Assembly: GCA_963693365.1 (NCBI GenBank)
Contig: CAVNZM010000009.1
Span: 5,338,245-5,402,244, forward strand
Direction of reading: 5' to 3'
Source: Amoebidium appalachense
Lineage: Eukaryota; Protista; Ichthyosporea
DNA length: 64,000 nucleotides
A program made the position numbers and the translations under genes. This document shows positions 1 through 32,976 of the stretch, piece by piece (position 1 is the first letter of the stretch; every line of letters begins with the position of its first letter). Below the pieces are notes generated by a model. That model was not told the DNA's origin and ran no database searches. It saw nothing but the letters and a program-made list of their open reading frames with translations.

Positions 1-187
1 AGGGGATGGTGGGTTGGGGAAGGGGGGAGAGGGGATGACCAAATATCCTTTTGAGTTGATAGGGTGGGGTGTGTGCCGGTTGTATGAGCAAACACACAAT
101 GGAAAATTCTATATGCTGGTTTGATATACCTGCCGCGCTTTTACAAAACTTCTGGCCTGTATACCCTTTTCCTTTTGCCTTTACCAG

Positions 188-18789
<18,602 letters not shown>

Positions 18790-19534
18790 TACCCACGTTG
18801 TGTTCTCCTTTTTTGGGGTGCGTGTGTGTGTGTGTGTCGTGGGGGGGGGAGGGGGGAGGGGGGAGGGGTTGATTGTAAAGTTCGCTGAATATATGCACAA
18901 ATTTGCTAGCTGTGAGCCGTACTACTTGTATAATGGTTTTCCTTGTTCCTTTTTTTCTTCTCCTTTGTCCCCCCCCCCCCCCCCCCCCCCCCCCTTTTTT
19001 TTTTTTTTTTTTTTTTGTTGTTGATGTTGTTGCCTGGTCGTTGCTGTTCAGAGCTAGTGTTTCTTTGGTAAAGCCTTACGAATGAATGTTGGAGGAGGTG
19101 TAGATGCCTTCAATTCATATATTTCGGGAAACGTGGTGACTGGATTTTCCTCAATGTAAGGTGGTCATTCCCAAGTGTTCTTTTGTCCGTAATAATTCTG
19201 AATGAACCCGCACGGTACGCCTACAGTGATAATATATGCTGTGATAAGAACACACATGAAATATGCTCCGCCATTCTGAATGTAAACTGTGTGGATTAAC
19301 AGTGATTCAGCGTTAGTTTTCGGGTTGGCCCAAATGGTTTGAAATGGAACAGACTCACTACATGTACCCGAATGTGAGTGAGATGCACATGTAGCATTTG
19401 CCTGTAAACTTGAAAAATCTCTTTATTAAAACGTCGGATGGATACGTCTGTAAGCAACAAGCAGACCAATGTGCTCATTGCAAAAAAAAAAAAAAAAAAA
19501 AAATGTGTGAGCGGGGCAGGGCGGGGGCAAGGCC

Positions 19535-19572
<38 letters not shown>

Positions 19573-20854
19573 TTTCAGAAGAACACAGGGATCGCTCTTC
19601 GTGAGCTCTAATAATAATGTAATACACGTTTAGCAACCGTATGACTGGGGGAAGGGCCCAGAATCCCCGCTGTGGGTTGGCACTGCAAGTTTAAACAGCA
19701 AAATACAGTATACCCACGCGGCCCGGTAGTGCCTGATTGGTTCATAAGTCTAGGTGCCAAACTACCGGAACTTCTGCAAATAAGGCGTAAATTTTGAGCA
19801 CAAGCACTAATATCAATAAGGTGGCATTGCAGATCTTTGCTACATTAAAAGAAATTCTAAATATAACAGCGCACTAATGTCTTGCGAAGAAGCCGGAGAA
19901 AAAAAAAACAAAAAAAATATACATGAACAGCCCTGCACCCCTGCACAAGGTCACGTCGCAAGAAATTCAGGACACATGTTGCAACAATTGTCGTAGTTAA
20001 AATAAAATTTCATGAATAAAAAAGAGCTAAAAAGGAAAATTAAAACACCTCGTAGGATAAAGGAAGCTTAAAACAAGATGCGGAAAAGGGAAGTTGAAAC
20101 AGATTATAGGAAAGGGCTTACTTTAACACTTGTAGTGAACAGCGGGCATCTTGAACTTGAAACACGCCTTTAGTGACTGGAAACTTGAACACCTTGCAAT
20201 ATCTGAAAACTTATTGTAGGAACTTAAAACCGACAGTGTTTTGTAGGAAAAGGTAAACCGAAAACATATTGTGGGGATATGGTAAACCTACAGGAAAGCC
20301 AAAGAAGACAAGGCGGGCTATACCAAGTTGCATCCGCGAGCATTCCTGCTAGCAGATTACACAACTACTGATGATAAAGCAAAATCACCTTCTAATATCA
20401 GAGGATGCATATCGGCATCATGAAAGAAACCAACGTTGACGGGCAGATTTTTTAACGATTTAAACCCACTGCCAAACCGAAATACAACACAACACACATA
20501 CTGTAACAGCAGAAATCATGATGAGTAATGTTTACATGTGCATATGGGTTGCGCGTGTTGTGTACATGTGGAAATGTGTTAGCCTGATGTAGTAGTGGGC
20601 CCGGGTTCCGGGTCAGGTCTGTATATATTATATACGGGGCAAAAGTATCCCAGGGTGGTGCATCACGGTATGCCATGGTATTTTATGGCTTTTTTTGTCT
20701 GTGTATGTGCGATACTGCAGCAAGCACTTATGGGTGTGCAAATGCGGTGTGCGTTATGGTATCATAAGGGACTATTTGTGTATGAACAGATGCACACGCG
20801 AAAGTTACTCGAGTCGTAAACTGTATGTTGTTATATTGTATCAACAGTTGTGAG

Positions 20855-20891
<37 letters not shown>

Positions 20892-20996
20892 GAAGAGGAA
20901 GGTGGGAAACAGAATTAAACGGAAAGGCTGAGACCTGAGAGCGAATCGGTGAGGGAAAGGTGGGAATTCGAAGGTCACTCAGAGGGCGAGAGTGAA

Positions 20997-21032
<36 letters not shown>

Positions 21033-21406
21033 ATAGCGGGCGTACGTGTTATGCGTTTGTGTGTGTGCATGCATGCACCGTTACGTAAAAGATACGTGTT
21101 TGTATGTGTGTATGTATGGGGCAAAGCCTCGGACATTTGTGTTTGTCTGCACAGAATGGGTATTGAGGGTTCCCCTTGTCCAGAGGGGAGCCGGAGGAGG
21201 AGGATGGCATTTTCATGGTATAAGTTTTTTTTTTTTTTGAACTGGAGAAAAATGTAATTAGGAAAAGCCCTTTATTGCGCAGAAGGGGATCAGACCACCG
21301 TGCACGTGGGCTGTTTTTGTAGGAAGGAGGGGGGAGGGAGGGGGAGAGGGGGAAGGGGGGGGAAGGGGGGGGGGAAGGGAGGGTGAAGGGGGGAGGACGA
21401 GGGGAA

Positions 21407-21446
<40 letters not shown>

Positions 21447-21714
21447 GTCTGAGGGGGGGAGGGGGAAGGAGGGTTAGTAACGTGTTGGAAAGAGAGGTAG
21501 AGGGAAGAAGACAAAGATGTAAAAAGATCGTTGAAAACAAAACACGTTGAATAAATGGGGTGTGTTGTGTGTGCGACTGCATACGTGTTCACCCCTGCAC
21601 ACATGTTGGCCGGGATCGGGGGGCGGGGGGAGGGGGTAGGGGGGGATGGGGGGGATGGGGGGGGGGGAGGGGGGAGCTGTATGTGAGGGTATGTATTCTT
21701 ACCCAGATAAATGT

Positions 21715-21942
21715 ACCTGTGTGCGTGTGTGTGTGTGTGTGCGCGCGCGCGGGCATGTGTGTGTGTGTGCGTGCGCGCGCGTGTGCGTATGTGTGCGTTT
21801 GTGTGTGTGTTTATTTGTGTGTGCGTACCTGTGCAGGTGTGTGTGTGCGAACACGCCGTGCATGTGCGCGTGCGGGCCTGTGCGACGTGCACTCTATGTG
21901 GATGTATGCATGTGTGTGTGTGTGTGTGTGCCTGTGTGTGTG

Positions 21943-21976
<34 letters not shown>

Positions 21977-22029
21977 AATACGTGCGTGGGTGTGTGTGTG
22001 CGTTGCATGTGCGCGAAATTTTGCGTGTA

Positions 22030-22110
<81 letters not shown>

Positions 22111-22257
22111 ATGTGTGTGTGTGTGTGTGCGTATGTGTATGCGTGTGCGTTTGTGTGTTTATGTATGTATATAGTATGTGTGTGTGTGTGTGTGTGTGAT
22201 TGTGTGTGTGTTTGTGAGCTGTGTATGTGTCACAGTATGTGCTCGTGCGTTAATGTG

Positions 22258-22313
<56 letters not shown>

Positions 22314-22619
22314 TGTGTGTGTGTATGTGTGTGTGTGTGTATGTCACGGTGTGTGTGTGAGTGTGTGTGTGTGTGTGTGTGTCTTGAGTGTGCATGTGTG
22401 TCTGCATGTGCGTGTGTTTGTGTATGCGTGTGCGTGTGTACCTGTGTGTGTGTGTATGTGTCACCATGTGTTTTTGTGTGTGTACGTGCATGCGTGACGG
22501 TGAGTGCATACATGCCACACGCATGACATTTGTGTGTATGTGTGTGTGCGCGCGCGTGCATGCCTGTGCCACGGCGTGTGGGTGCACACATGGTACTTGT
22601 GTGTGTGTGTTTTTGCGTG

Positions 22620-22659
<40 letters not shown>

Positions 22660-22680
22660 ACGATGTGTGTGTGTGTGTGT

Positions 22681-22743
<63 letters not shown>

Positions 22744-22858
22744 TTTGTGTGTGTGCGCGCGTGTGTGTAAGTGAGGTAGTGTGTGTATGTGTGTGTGTAT
22801 GTGTGTGTGTGTGTGTGTATGTGTGTTTGTGTGTGTGCGCGCGTGTGTGTAAGTGAGG

Positions 22859-22929
<71 letters not shown>

Positions 22930-22952
22930 CGTGTGTGTAAGTGAGGTAGTGT

Positions 22953-23024
<72 letters not shown>

Positions 23025-23041
23025 TGTGTGTGTAAGTGAGG

Positions 23042-23102
<61 letters not shown>

Positions 23103-23137
23103 TTTGTGTGTGTGCGTGTGTGTGTGTAAGTGAGGTA

Positions 23138-23197
<60 letters not shown>

Positions 23198-23275
23198 AAG
23201 TGAGGTAGTGTGTGTGTGTCTGTTTGTATGTGTGTGTGTCTATATGTGCGAGTTTGTGTGTGTGTGTGTGCTTGT
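21715..23275. repeat. ~1.5 kb (GT)n-dominated intergenic block with a higher-order repeat
   Basis: Alternating G/T tract; TAAGTGAGGTAG recurs at 22768, 22850, 22938, 23033, 23127 and 23197. Confidence 0.92.
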
Positions 23276-23658
23276 GTTTTGGATTATGTAACATATAGAG
23301 CACCAGCAGCTATTTGCAAATGTCATTTTGTTTTGTATTCTTGCCCGCGAAACCAGTCCAGCAGGGCCTGTAACAAAAGCAAAGACAAAAAGAGCAAAAC
23401 TTTCTGTTGTGCATATGTACGACCCCTATTTTATATCAAAGCTTAAGCAATTTACCGCTGATAATATACTATATTAGATTCAAACTGATTGGGCCGATTG
23501 CACATTTAAAAAACCGTAACAAATATTCCACTTTAAAAACACTGTTGAAATTCCTACACTTAGCTAGTTCGGTAGGACGACCGCGTTGCGCTTTTAAAAC
23601 CATGGAAGTGCAAGCAAACTTATATAACACGTTAACGTTTCCATGGCACCTAATCTAA

Positions 23659-26107
23659 TTAGAAAGGGTAGATGACTGGGCCCAAAGCAATGATGATTCC
23701 AATCTCGACCACGGTCAGCAGGGTACCCACCATCATGAAGTGCAGGAAGGTGTACTTGCCGGGGTTCATGACAATTACGTTGCACGGGCTTCCAACGGGC
23801 GTGGCAAAGGCGGAAGATGATGAGTGGGCCAGGCAGATGAGGAAGGGAGTCACGGACACACCCATGGCCTTGGAGACGGCCTGGGCCACGGGTGAGATGA
23901 GCACGGCGGTGGCTGTGTTGGACATGATCTGCGTCATCACACCAGCAAGGACGCAGATAAGCGCCAGAACGACGGTCGGGCTGCTTGTCTTGCCGATTTC
24001 GGTGAGGAAGTCTACGATTGCGGCGGTGATTCCAGTGTTCTTCATGGCGTCGGACATGGGGATCATGGCTGCAATCAGTACCACGCTCTCCCAGTGGATG
24101 GCACGGTAGGCGTCCATTGCCGTCATGACGGGCACACAGGCCATGGCCACAGACCCAATCATCATCAGAAGAGACGCCGTGGCAACACCGCTGACCATCA
24201 GGGCCACAACAAGAACCATGATAAGAACGGTGAGGTAGAGACCCAGGGGCAGCTGCTTGGCAAAGTGAGGGAGGCCAGCGCCGTAAACAGTGCCGGTGAC
24301 GTCTTTGGACTGCCTCTCGCTGATGGCATAAACACCTTCGAGGGAGAGGCCGGGCTGTTTGGGAGTAATATGAATGAAGTAGTTTTGGGCGGCAGAGGGC
24401 GAGCATTGAAACAAAACAACATCAGCGGGAGCGTTAACCTCGGCAAGAACAACGAGGTTCTTCTCCTTGGTGTCCAGTTTCTGGCATGCAGTCTTTTCAA
24501 GCGAGATGAACATCATGTCGCCCTCGGCAATGACGCGGCGATAGTCAACAATATGGGGCTGGCCCTGTGCGTTGCAGAATGCAAGCACCGTGACACCGTA
24601 GCCTGGGTGAAGCTTGCAGTCCCAGAAGGGTTTGCCAATGAGGCTGCTACCCTTGACGACCTCAATCAGGCGGACACAGTGGGTGTAGTTGTCGTAGGCA
24701 CGCTCGGTCTCTGATGGTTTAGTTTTGTTCTCGTCGACCTGGTCCGCGAAGGAAGTTGTTGCCTGCACAGTGCCAGCAGCGGCCTCGACATCGGCAGGGG
24801 CGGAGGGGCTGATCTTTGAGATGATCCAGCGGCCAATGGTCATGTTGTAGAGTATGCCGACGATCAGGCAGACAACGGCAAGGGGGGCAAACTGGAAGAA
24901 CCCAATGGGCTTGCCGTTAACTGCAGGGTAATTGCCTAGTAAGTATACTTGCCGGCATAAAGCCTACACTTTGGATCGCGAGTTGCACACACATATGCTT
25001 CTTATATGTATAATAGGAATTCGAATGGCCAGCTTCTAAATAGCTTCATGGTCTGCACGCTTATAAGACACCTGCACATGCATGTATGTGTGTGTGCATG
25101 GGCAACTTTGCATATCGACGTGATGTCTCATGATATATATATGTGCATGTCTCAGGTCGGGTCCCTATCATGTTGAGTGTACTACACTTACTAAACACAA
25201 ATACGATATTTAAGCGATTTAGTTCTGCCAGTGGTGGTTGCATATCTTTGGAAAAACACACCCTTCTCGTGGTCTCCGGAAACAGCGATGTTGGTGGGTG
25301 TGCCGATGAGGGTTAGCATGCCACCGAGGGAGGCGGCAAAGGTGAGGGGCATCAAAAACAAGCGCCTGTCCCATTTTTGTGCCTCGATGGTACTGATTGC
25401 AACGGGCATCATGATGGCCACGGTGCCGGCATTGGACATGAAAGCAGACAGCGCCGCAGTCATCAGCATCATTTCGAGAAGGAACACCCACTCACGCCCT
25501 CCGGTGCCCTTCTTCAGCACCTGCGCAAGCTCGTCGGCAAGGCCGGAAACCTGAATGCCCTTACCGAGCACGAAGCTGGTAGCAATCTGCATGGTCGTGG
25601 ATTGGCCAAAGCCAGCTGCACATAGGAGTAGGAGCAGTTAGAGTATTGCACATGTAGCCCGCAGTACTAGTTGTGCTTAAGGAGCCAAAGAAATTGTTGT
25701 GGAGCTCAAAAGGGTCCTCCAAAAGGGCCGACGTATGGAAGGGATAGAGGGGGCTGGGGGGGGAGGGGGGGGGGGGGGGGGGGAGGGGAGGGGCCTGGGG
25801 AGACAGGGGGGAGAGGATATCGACATCGATATCGATCATGCAGCACACTGGCAAACTAACTTCTGAGCATAAAATGCGACACAGTGCATTGGTGCGTGGC
25901 GTGGGGAAACAAGTTTGAAATTGTGCATTTTATCGGGTTTTCCAACAGCTTACCTAGTGCTTGCTTCTCAGTGAGGATGTCGGCGCACCAAAGAATGAAC
26001 AGGCCGAGGAAGGCCACAAAGTCCAGACGGACTTTGTTGGAGGCAAACAGGATGATTTCGCCCACGAGGACGACCAGCACGAGATATTTTCCCCAGTCTT
26101 CAGCCAT
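23659..26107 (-). CDS. SLC13/DASS-family permease with a TrkA-C (RCK_C)-like cytoplasmic region, bacterial YfbS-like; ~589 aa, 3 exons
   Basis: Exons 26107-25954, 25615-25262 and 24920-23659 join in frame across GT-AG introns (1770 nt). Motifs: LFASNKVRLDFVA, SAFMSNAGTVAIMMP, LMPLTFAASLGGMLTLIGTPTN, TQIMSNTATAVLISP, SSAFATPVGSPCN..V..PGKY.F..F..VG. The central segment GSSLIGK...YGVTVL...IAEGD is TrkA-C-like. Confidence 0.9.
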
Positions 26108-27536
26108 TTTTTTTGGAAGGCTTATTAGCGTTCGCTGTGTGTATAATGTGATGATGGAGACGTATCAGAAGCCGTACTGTATCTACGTAGTGTCGGAGTG
26201 TGTGAAGGACTCGTAGTTTCTGACTGACTTGCCAGAGTCCCGCGATATTTATACCCGAGCCATATGATTCAAAGGTCCAAAGATGGTACATGTGAATTTG
26301 ATCTTATTGGATGAGCAATAGGTACCGATAAACTAGTGGCCTAAGATCACGAATTGCTCGGTCGCAGTGCCACCAGTGCTTTTGGTTGGTGGATCGTTCT
26401 ACTCGTTGGAGCGTCAAATTCCACCGCTCGTCTAGCAGATTCTAAACAATATTGAGCATCGTGATCTAAGCCATTTTAAACGTTTTATGAGCTGTTATCG
26501 CTTTTTTAAGCGGTTAAGAGGCTAACGGCCGAATAGGAAGTCACATATTCAAATGAAAACGAGAATTTCTCGTGTCAGAAAACGGTCGGCCGACCGAAGG
26601 CTCTTGGGCCGGTCACGTGCTATTTGAAAGTTAGGCCGGCCGCCGTATACGATACAGCGAGCACACACACCAAATCAAAAGAACTAATAGTCAGTACGTC
26701 TTTTTGGTTTTTTATATTTATCAACAAGAAAAGGCACCCGGTATTGTATGTACACATATATGTGATTTAATATAATATGATATGTACACACGTGACTTTG
26801 ACTGTTGACCCGGCTGAAGAGATCTGTGTTGCCGTCAATCCGACATCAGCCGACTAATTAAAACTAGGCCTCCTACATGTTAGCGCAAAAGCTTTCATGC
26901 CTATCCACAGCGTTTATTTATTCGCCATTTAGCCTCTAAAGCTTTGAACCGAAGACACTGAGCACCAGATTATCAGTTTGCTCTGCTTCCAGACTCCCAG
27001 TTCGTAGCCGCGTACAGTAGTACTGTAGGCTTCAAGTTCAAGTTAGCACGCGAGCAACTTTTGTGAGTTTTGTCGCGAAGCTCACGCGGAATTTGCCTGC
27101 GCTATTGCTAGCTCACGACGATTGGTCAAAATTTCAAATCTAAATGGTCTAATTTGGTTGGTTGGTGTAAAAAAGGCGGGCACGGAAATTTGTACGTGTC
27201 GGTTCGACCGTTGCCGGCAGCTGCCTCTGAGACAACGTTACACCGTGCCACAAAAGTGGAACCCTGGGTCTCACGGTGCGAACTAGTGCAGAGTCCTTCG
27301 AAATTCCTCTATCACAGATCGATAGGCCATGGCTTGAAGAGGAATACTCAGACACAGACAAGCACTTGGATTATTGGGGCAACAGCTGTTAATAAACAGA
27401 AAGAAATTAAGTCAAGGGGGGGAGGGCGAACCCTGTTCCCGACAAACAAATTCCTTGCTTTTTTCACGCCATCGAACAACAGTCTGCAGATAACAGAATA
27501 AACGGATGACCGAAAGGGGAAAAAAAAATAGCAAAT
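26108..27536. promoter_or_regulatory. Divergent promoter region between the SLC13-like gene and NCAPH2
   Basis: Head-to-head starts 1.4 kb apart. The region is free of microsatellites, CpG-containing, and has ATTGG boxes (e.g. 27121) and the palindrome CGGTCGGCCGACCG (~26583). Confidence 0.55.
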
Positions 27537-29435
27537 ATGATTGTGCGCTCTTCTAACCTCGCTTCCCAACTGGAGGAGCGAGAAAAAACGGAGAGGGAGG
27601 AAAGATTCAAGCACATTCTTGCCCCCATTCGCGCCCTCACAGACGTATGGAACATAGACGTAGCCAAGGAGCTTGAGGAGTATCTCCTTGAGGTAGGTGT
27701 AGGGCCCAATTATGGTGTTACAAAGGCATAATGAGACAAAACTAGCTGCTTACATGGATGTTCGGCAACCCCTCAAGCGGTGTCACAAGAACTACTGGTG
27801 TACGCATAGTCCGTCAAGTCTTACCTGCTACACCTTAGAAGTTCGTTGACACACACACTGCAGCTTTCCAACACTCAAAATTAACAGGATGAAAGCATGA
27901 AACCACATACACACACAAAGACATAAGCCAAAGCTTGTACACGCAGCGTCGTTTCCTCCTAACACTTAGTATTCCCGAGCAACAGGCAAAGCATATGTCA
28001 GAGGTAAAGCTGAAATAATAATATGGCATGGGAAGGTACGGTTTCTACACGCACAAAGCCTAGACCTGCCTTATTGTGCCCGTTGTTACACCACGTATTT
28101 ACCACTTGCTGACCAAACCATTACGCCCTCAACGGTATAATACCCTTAAGAACTTCGTCTGGCCTGTTATGATAATAAGGATTTCTTGTCCTGTCAACCT
28201 TTTACGAGCCAAATGCTCAAAACATTCAAGTGCTCATGAAAGGTGTGTTTTCCAGATTGAAGAGCTGTCGTTCCGGTTTGCAGACGGGCCCAGCACCCTT
28301 AACTTTGTGCAGGCAGCCTCGGCCATCAGCAACTCAACTGATGTTTACTCACGAAAGGCATTGGCCTCCCCCCCCCCCCCCCCCCCCCGTCCTCGCCCCC
28401 GCCCAAAAGACCAAAAATAAATAAATCACTCTCCCTCACTTTTCTACCTGCCGCCTGACTCTCTATCTGCACAAATTTGTGATCCCTATTATTGCATTGT
28501 TACCCCTTATGAGTTACTTAGCTTCCAACGGACACTTGTGATCCCTTATTATTGCATTGTTACCCCTTGTGAGTTACTTAGCTTCCAACGGACACGGTAT
28601 ACCCCGCCACACCACTAAGTTTCCATTGATTGGAGACTCAACTCTGTTACAACATGCCTCTGCCCTACAAGGCTCTTCTCATAACACACTCGCCAACTCT
28701 AAACTCCAGCTATTTGAAATGTTTTTCATTCTTCTGCCCGATATCACTATCCCCCCCCCCCCCCCCCCCCCCCCCCCTTGTGGCACTCGACATCAACCAC
28801 ATAATAAAAAATATTTGTATTTGGCCCTTCCCTTTGCATTTCGTCATATGTTGCGTACACATGTGTACACACACGTGTTCAACCCCACATACTGTATCAC
28901 ATACACCTATACACATACATGCACACACACATACATCACCTTCCCGTCCTAGCCCTGTTCCCTTCCACATGTTCTCGACACATTCCTCCTAAATCCCCCC
29001 CCCCCCCAAAAATAAAAAATAAAAATAAAAATAAATAAATAAAGGAAAAAAACCACCCTTCCTACAACCCCCAACCCCCGTTCTCCCCAATCCCATCCCC
29101 CCCCCCCCCCCCCCCCCCCCCCACCCCCCGTTCCTCCCTACACACCCGCACCCACAGCACATACACCCGCACATGAACATATTTATTACATACACGTACC
29201 ACATAATGCTTTTGCACCCCAGCACAACCCTACCCACTGGACCTGCACACACATGCACCCTAAACCCATGCATACAGGCAACATGCATGTGGGCACACAC
29301 ACACTGACACACAGACACACACACACGCACACGCACATGCACACTCACACGCACACGCAAACAAACAAACAAACAAACACACAAACCCAGCACACACACA
29401 TGTGCAGGTGCACGAGCACACTCAAATACATGCAC

Positions 29436-29488
<53 letters not shown>

Positions 29489-29724
29489 CGAGTACCTGCA
29501 TGCGCTGGTGTATCAGTGCCTGGACCAGATCTCCAAGCAGAGAAAGGAGAAGGCCCGGCGGGGAGGCGATGGGGGTGAGGATGGTGCTGTCGTTCCAGAA
29601 ATTAACGTCGATGCCATTAAGGTTGGGCCCGTGCCATCCCCCCCCCCCCCCCCCCTCTTTCACCTCCCTAGACACGCGCCTGCACGACACACACACACAG
29701 ACACACACACACATACGCTCGCAC

Positions 29725-29774
<50 letters not shown>

Positions 29775-29807
29775 GCATACACTAGCACACATGCCCACGT
29801 GCGCGGG

Positions 29808-29867
<60 letters not shown>

Positions 29868-30741
29868 CACACACACACACACACAAACACACAACCTTCC
29901 CACAAAATCATCTCGGTTACCCAACCCCCAGCTTCACCGCTTTTCTCCTGTGACGTTTCGCCCTTTCCCCGATGGGATGAATGGGACTCGTTCCTTTCTC
30001 TTATTTGTCCCAAAAAAATGTCGTATTCCCAACTCCATCCTTCATTGTAATCCCCCCCTTCCCGTCCCACCCCCCTCCCTCTGCACTCGTACTCATTGCG
30101 CTGCTACTTACGGCATGGAAGTGTGTATTTGGCTTTTCTACATGTAATGTTGATCTGTGAAGTGCTTAACCTATTCCTTCCCAAATACCTCCCTCCCTCC
30201 CGCCCGCCCCCCCCCCCCCCCCCCCCCCCCCCCACCCCTTACTCTCCCCGGGCTCTCTTACTCTCCCATAGCCTTACCATATTAGCCGGCAGGTATCGGC
30301 GTGATGTCAATAGGACGTCCAGCTCGATCATTGCCTTGCCTATTATACAAGGCTATTTCCTTTTTTGGTTATGACCTAGTTGTTAACCCTTCCTTGCCTA
30401 CATTTGTCTTAGATCCCCCTCCCCCGTCAGGAACTCCTTTCATTTCCCCGTGTGGCTGTGTTCACGCACACGTGTCGGTGTCTGACACCTATGCCCACAG
30501 GAGGGCAGCAACATCGACATGGGGCCTGACGAGGGGGTGCCTGATGGTGCACGCCGACAGAGCCTGCTGGTGATGCGCACACCCACATCCCTGCTCAGGC
30601 GCGATCGTATGCATACCCATTACCCCCCCCCCCCCCCCCCCCCCCCCCCAACACACACACACACACCCACCTCCCTCGCCTGGTGCCCCGCCCCGCCCTG
30701 CCCAGCACACACACAGATACACACACACTTGGGGTGTCCCT

Positions 30742-30786
<45 letters not shown>

Positions 30787-31113
30787 CCCCGGCCAAGCAC
30801 TTAGCACACACGCAAATACACACACACACGTGAGGTTGGTTCCTCTGTGTTGGTGTGGAACTGGCAGCAGGCTAATGTCGCAGGGGCAAATACATACCCT
30901 GCCATGTGTGTTCACACCATAAGTCCCTGCCCTGTCTCCCTCCCCCCCCTCCCCCCCCCCCAACCACCACCACCGCCGGCCCCCCTTCCCCCTCCAAGCA
31001 CTGCAATGTGGGCTAACTTGTACGTCTTTTCTTGGTTGTATATCAGATTCTTACTCCCTCCTCCCCACCCACCCACCCACCCACCCGCGCGCGCGCGCAC
31101 ACACACACGCACG

Positions 31114-31168
<55 letters not shown>

Positions 31169-31999
31169 GCCCAGGTGTACCTGTACGACCATAAGGGGGC
31201 CAAGATCTCCAACAAGCAGGATTTCAAGGTAGTCACCCTGCCTTCCCTGTGCATGCATTGGTCTCTCCCTCCAATGTTTGCATGCGAATGTATGTGTGGC
31301 ACCACCGTTGTAGATAACCCCGTTTGCGTGAGGGTGGTGGTGGGAGGGGATGGATGTTGTGTATTTGGTACTCGTGCACTACACAAGATATTTGTTTTTG
31401 TTCCAGCCTGCACTGCATCCTTCCCCATCCCTCTTTTATTGATCGTTGCTTGCTATGTATGTTGCCTTCCTACATTCTGTTGCACAACTGGAATTTGGCA
31501 TAGGCGACATCATAACCCCCTCCCCCTCCCAAAATCCACCATTCCATCTCCTTTTTCCCTCAGTCTCCAAACCTGCTCACACACATCAGATAAGTTTCAA
31601 ATCCCACCTCCCTCCCCAACCTTTGTTTGGCTCCCCCCCCTCCCCTCCCCCGGGGAACCGAACACAACACCCATGACTTATGGCTCATTGTCATGTGGTG
31701 ATTAATGCCCCGTCCCCCCTCACCCCCTCCCCTCTTCACCCCCCCCTTCCCCTCCCCTTTTTTTTTTCTTTTTGCAGATGAACACGTTTGTATTCCACCA
31801 CACGGGGGCCATGGTGGACCCAGGGGAGGCTTTAAAGATCGATGCTGCATTCCGCACGGCTCCATCGGGCCAGGCTGCATCCCGGCTGCACATGTTTGGC
31901 CACAGTACGTGTGTGTGGGGATGTGTGTTGAAGGGGGGGGAGGGGGGGGGGATGGGGCGGAGGGGGGAGTTGTGTGTGCGTGTGTGTGTGTGTGTGCCA

Positions 32000-32072
<73 letters not shown>

Positions 32073-32075
32073 TCC

Positions 32076-32124
<49 letters not shown>

Positions 32125-32597
32125 TGTGTTGTGTTTGTGTGTAGGCGCGCCGGTTGATGGGGAGGGTAAGGAAAGTGTTGGTTGTTTGAGACAAACGAAT
32201 CTGCATTAGCATGGTGTGTGTTGTGACTGTGGGGTGCATGTAACCCAGGAACCTTAGCTGGTGTGTCTGGTTAACAGTGCTCACTGATATGGAAAGTATG
32301 TCATTGTCCGTCTGTCTGTCTGTCTATCTCTCTGAGTGTTTGTGTGTGCGTCTGCGCGTGCGTGCGCGTGCGTGTGCATGTGTGTGGGTGCTTGTGTGTG
32401 TGGGGGGAGGGAGAGGGATTTGTGGCGGGTGGGCAGGGGGGAGGAGAGAGGGAGGGGGTGGGGAAGGGGGATAAAACTATGGATATCCCCTGACGGGCAT
32501 ATCTCGTCTAGACCCCCGTGCCAACCTCTACCTTCAGCCCATGGCCACTGCTGTTCCTCGCTGGATCCCTGAGCAGCCCCAGCAGCCTGCAGGTGGC

Positions 32598-32631
<34 letters not shown>

Positions 32632-32933
32632 AACCCCTTCGCGCCCCTCCACGCTCCCCCCTCCCCTCCTTCGCGCTCCGCCCTCTCCCATCACACACAC
32701 ATGTGTGTGTACACACACACCCTTGTTTGCCTTCTGAACGTTGGGTGTGCATAGATTGTTTAGAAGTTGGTTTGCCTTTCCAGTTTGCCCTCCCCCCCCC
32801 CCCCCCCCTCCTCCCCCTCCCCCCAATATACATCACCCCCTTTCCGCTATTGGAAAGCAAAGGAAACTCATCTCGAAACCTCGAAACATTCCCCCGTCAT
32901 GATGATTAGGTGTCCTTCCTAACCTCTTCACAA

Positions 32934-32976
<43 letters not shown>

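Noticed and set aside
19590-20460. A-rich intergenic stretch with recurring GTAGGA / AACTTGAA words
   Set aside because: No ORF, terminal repeats or regular period that I can support.
22768-23208. TGAGGTAG equals the let-7 5' end (CTACCTCA sites on the minus strand)
   Set aside because: let-7 is a bilaterian miRNA, and the six copies come from a single tandem amplification.
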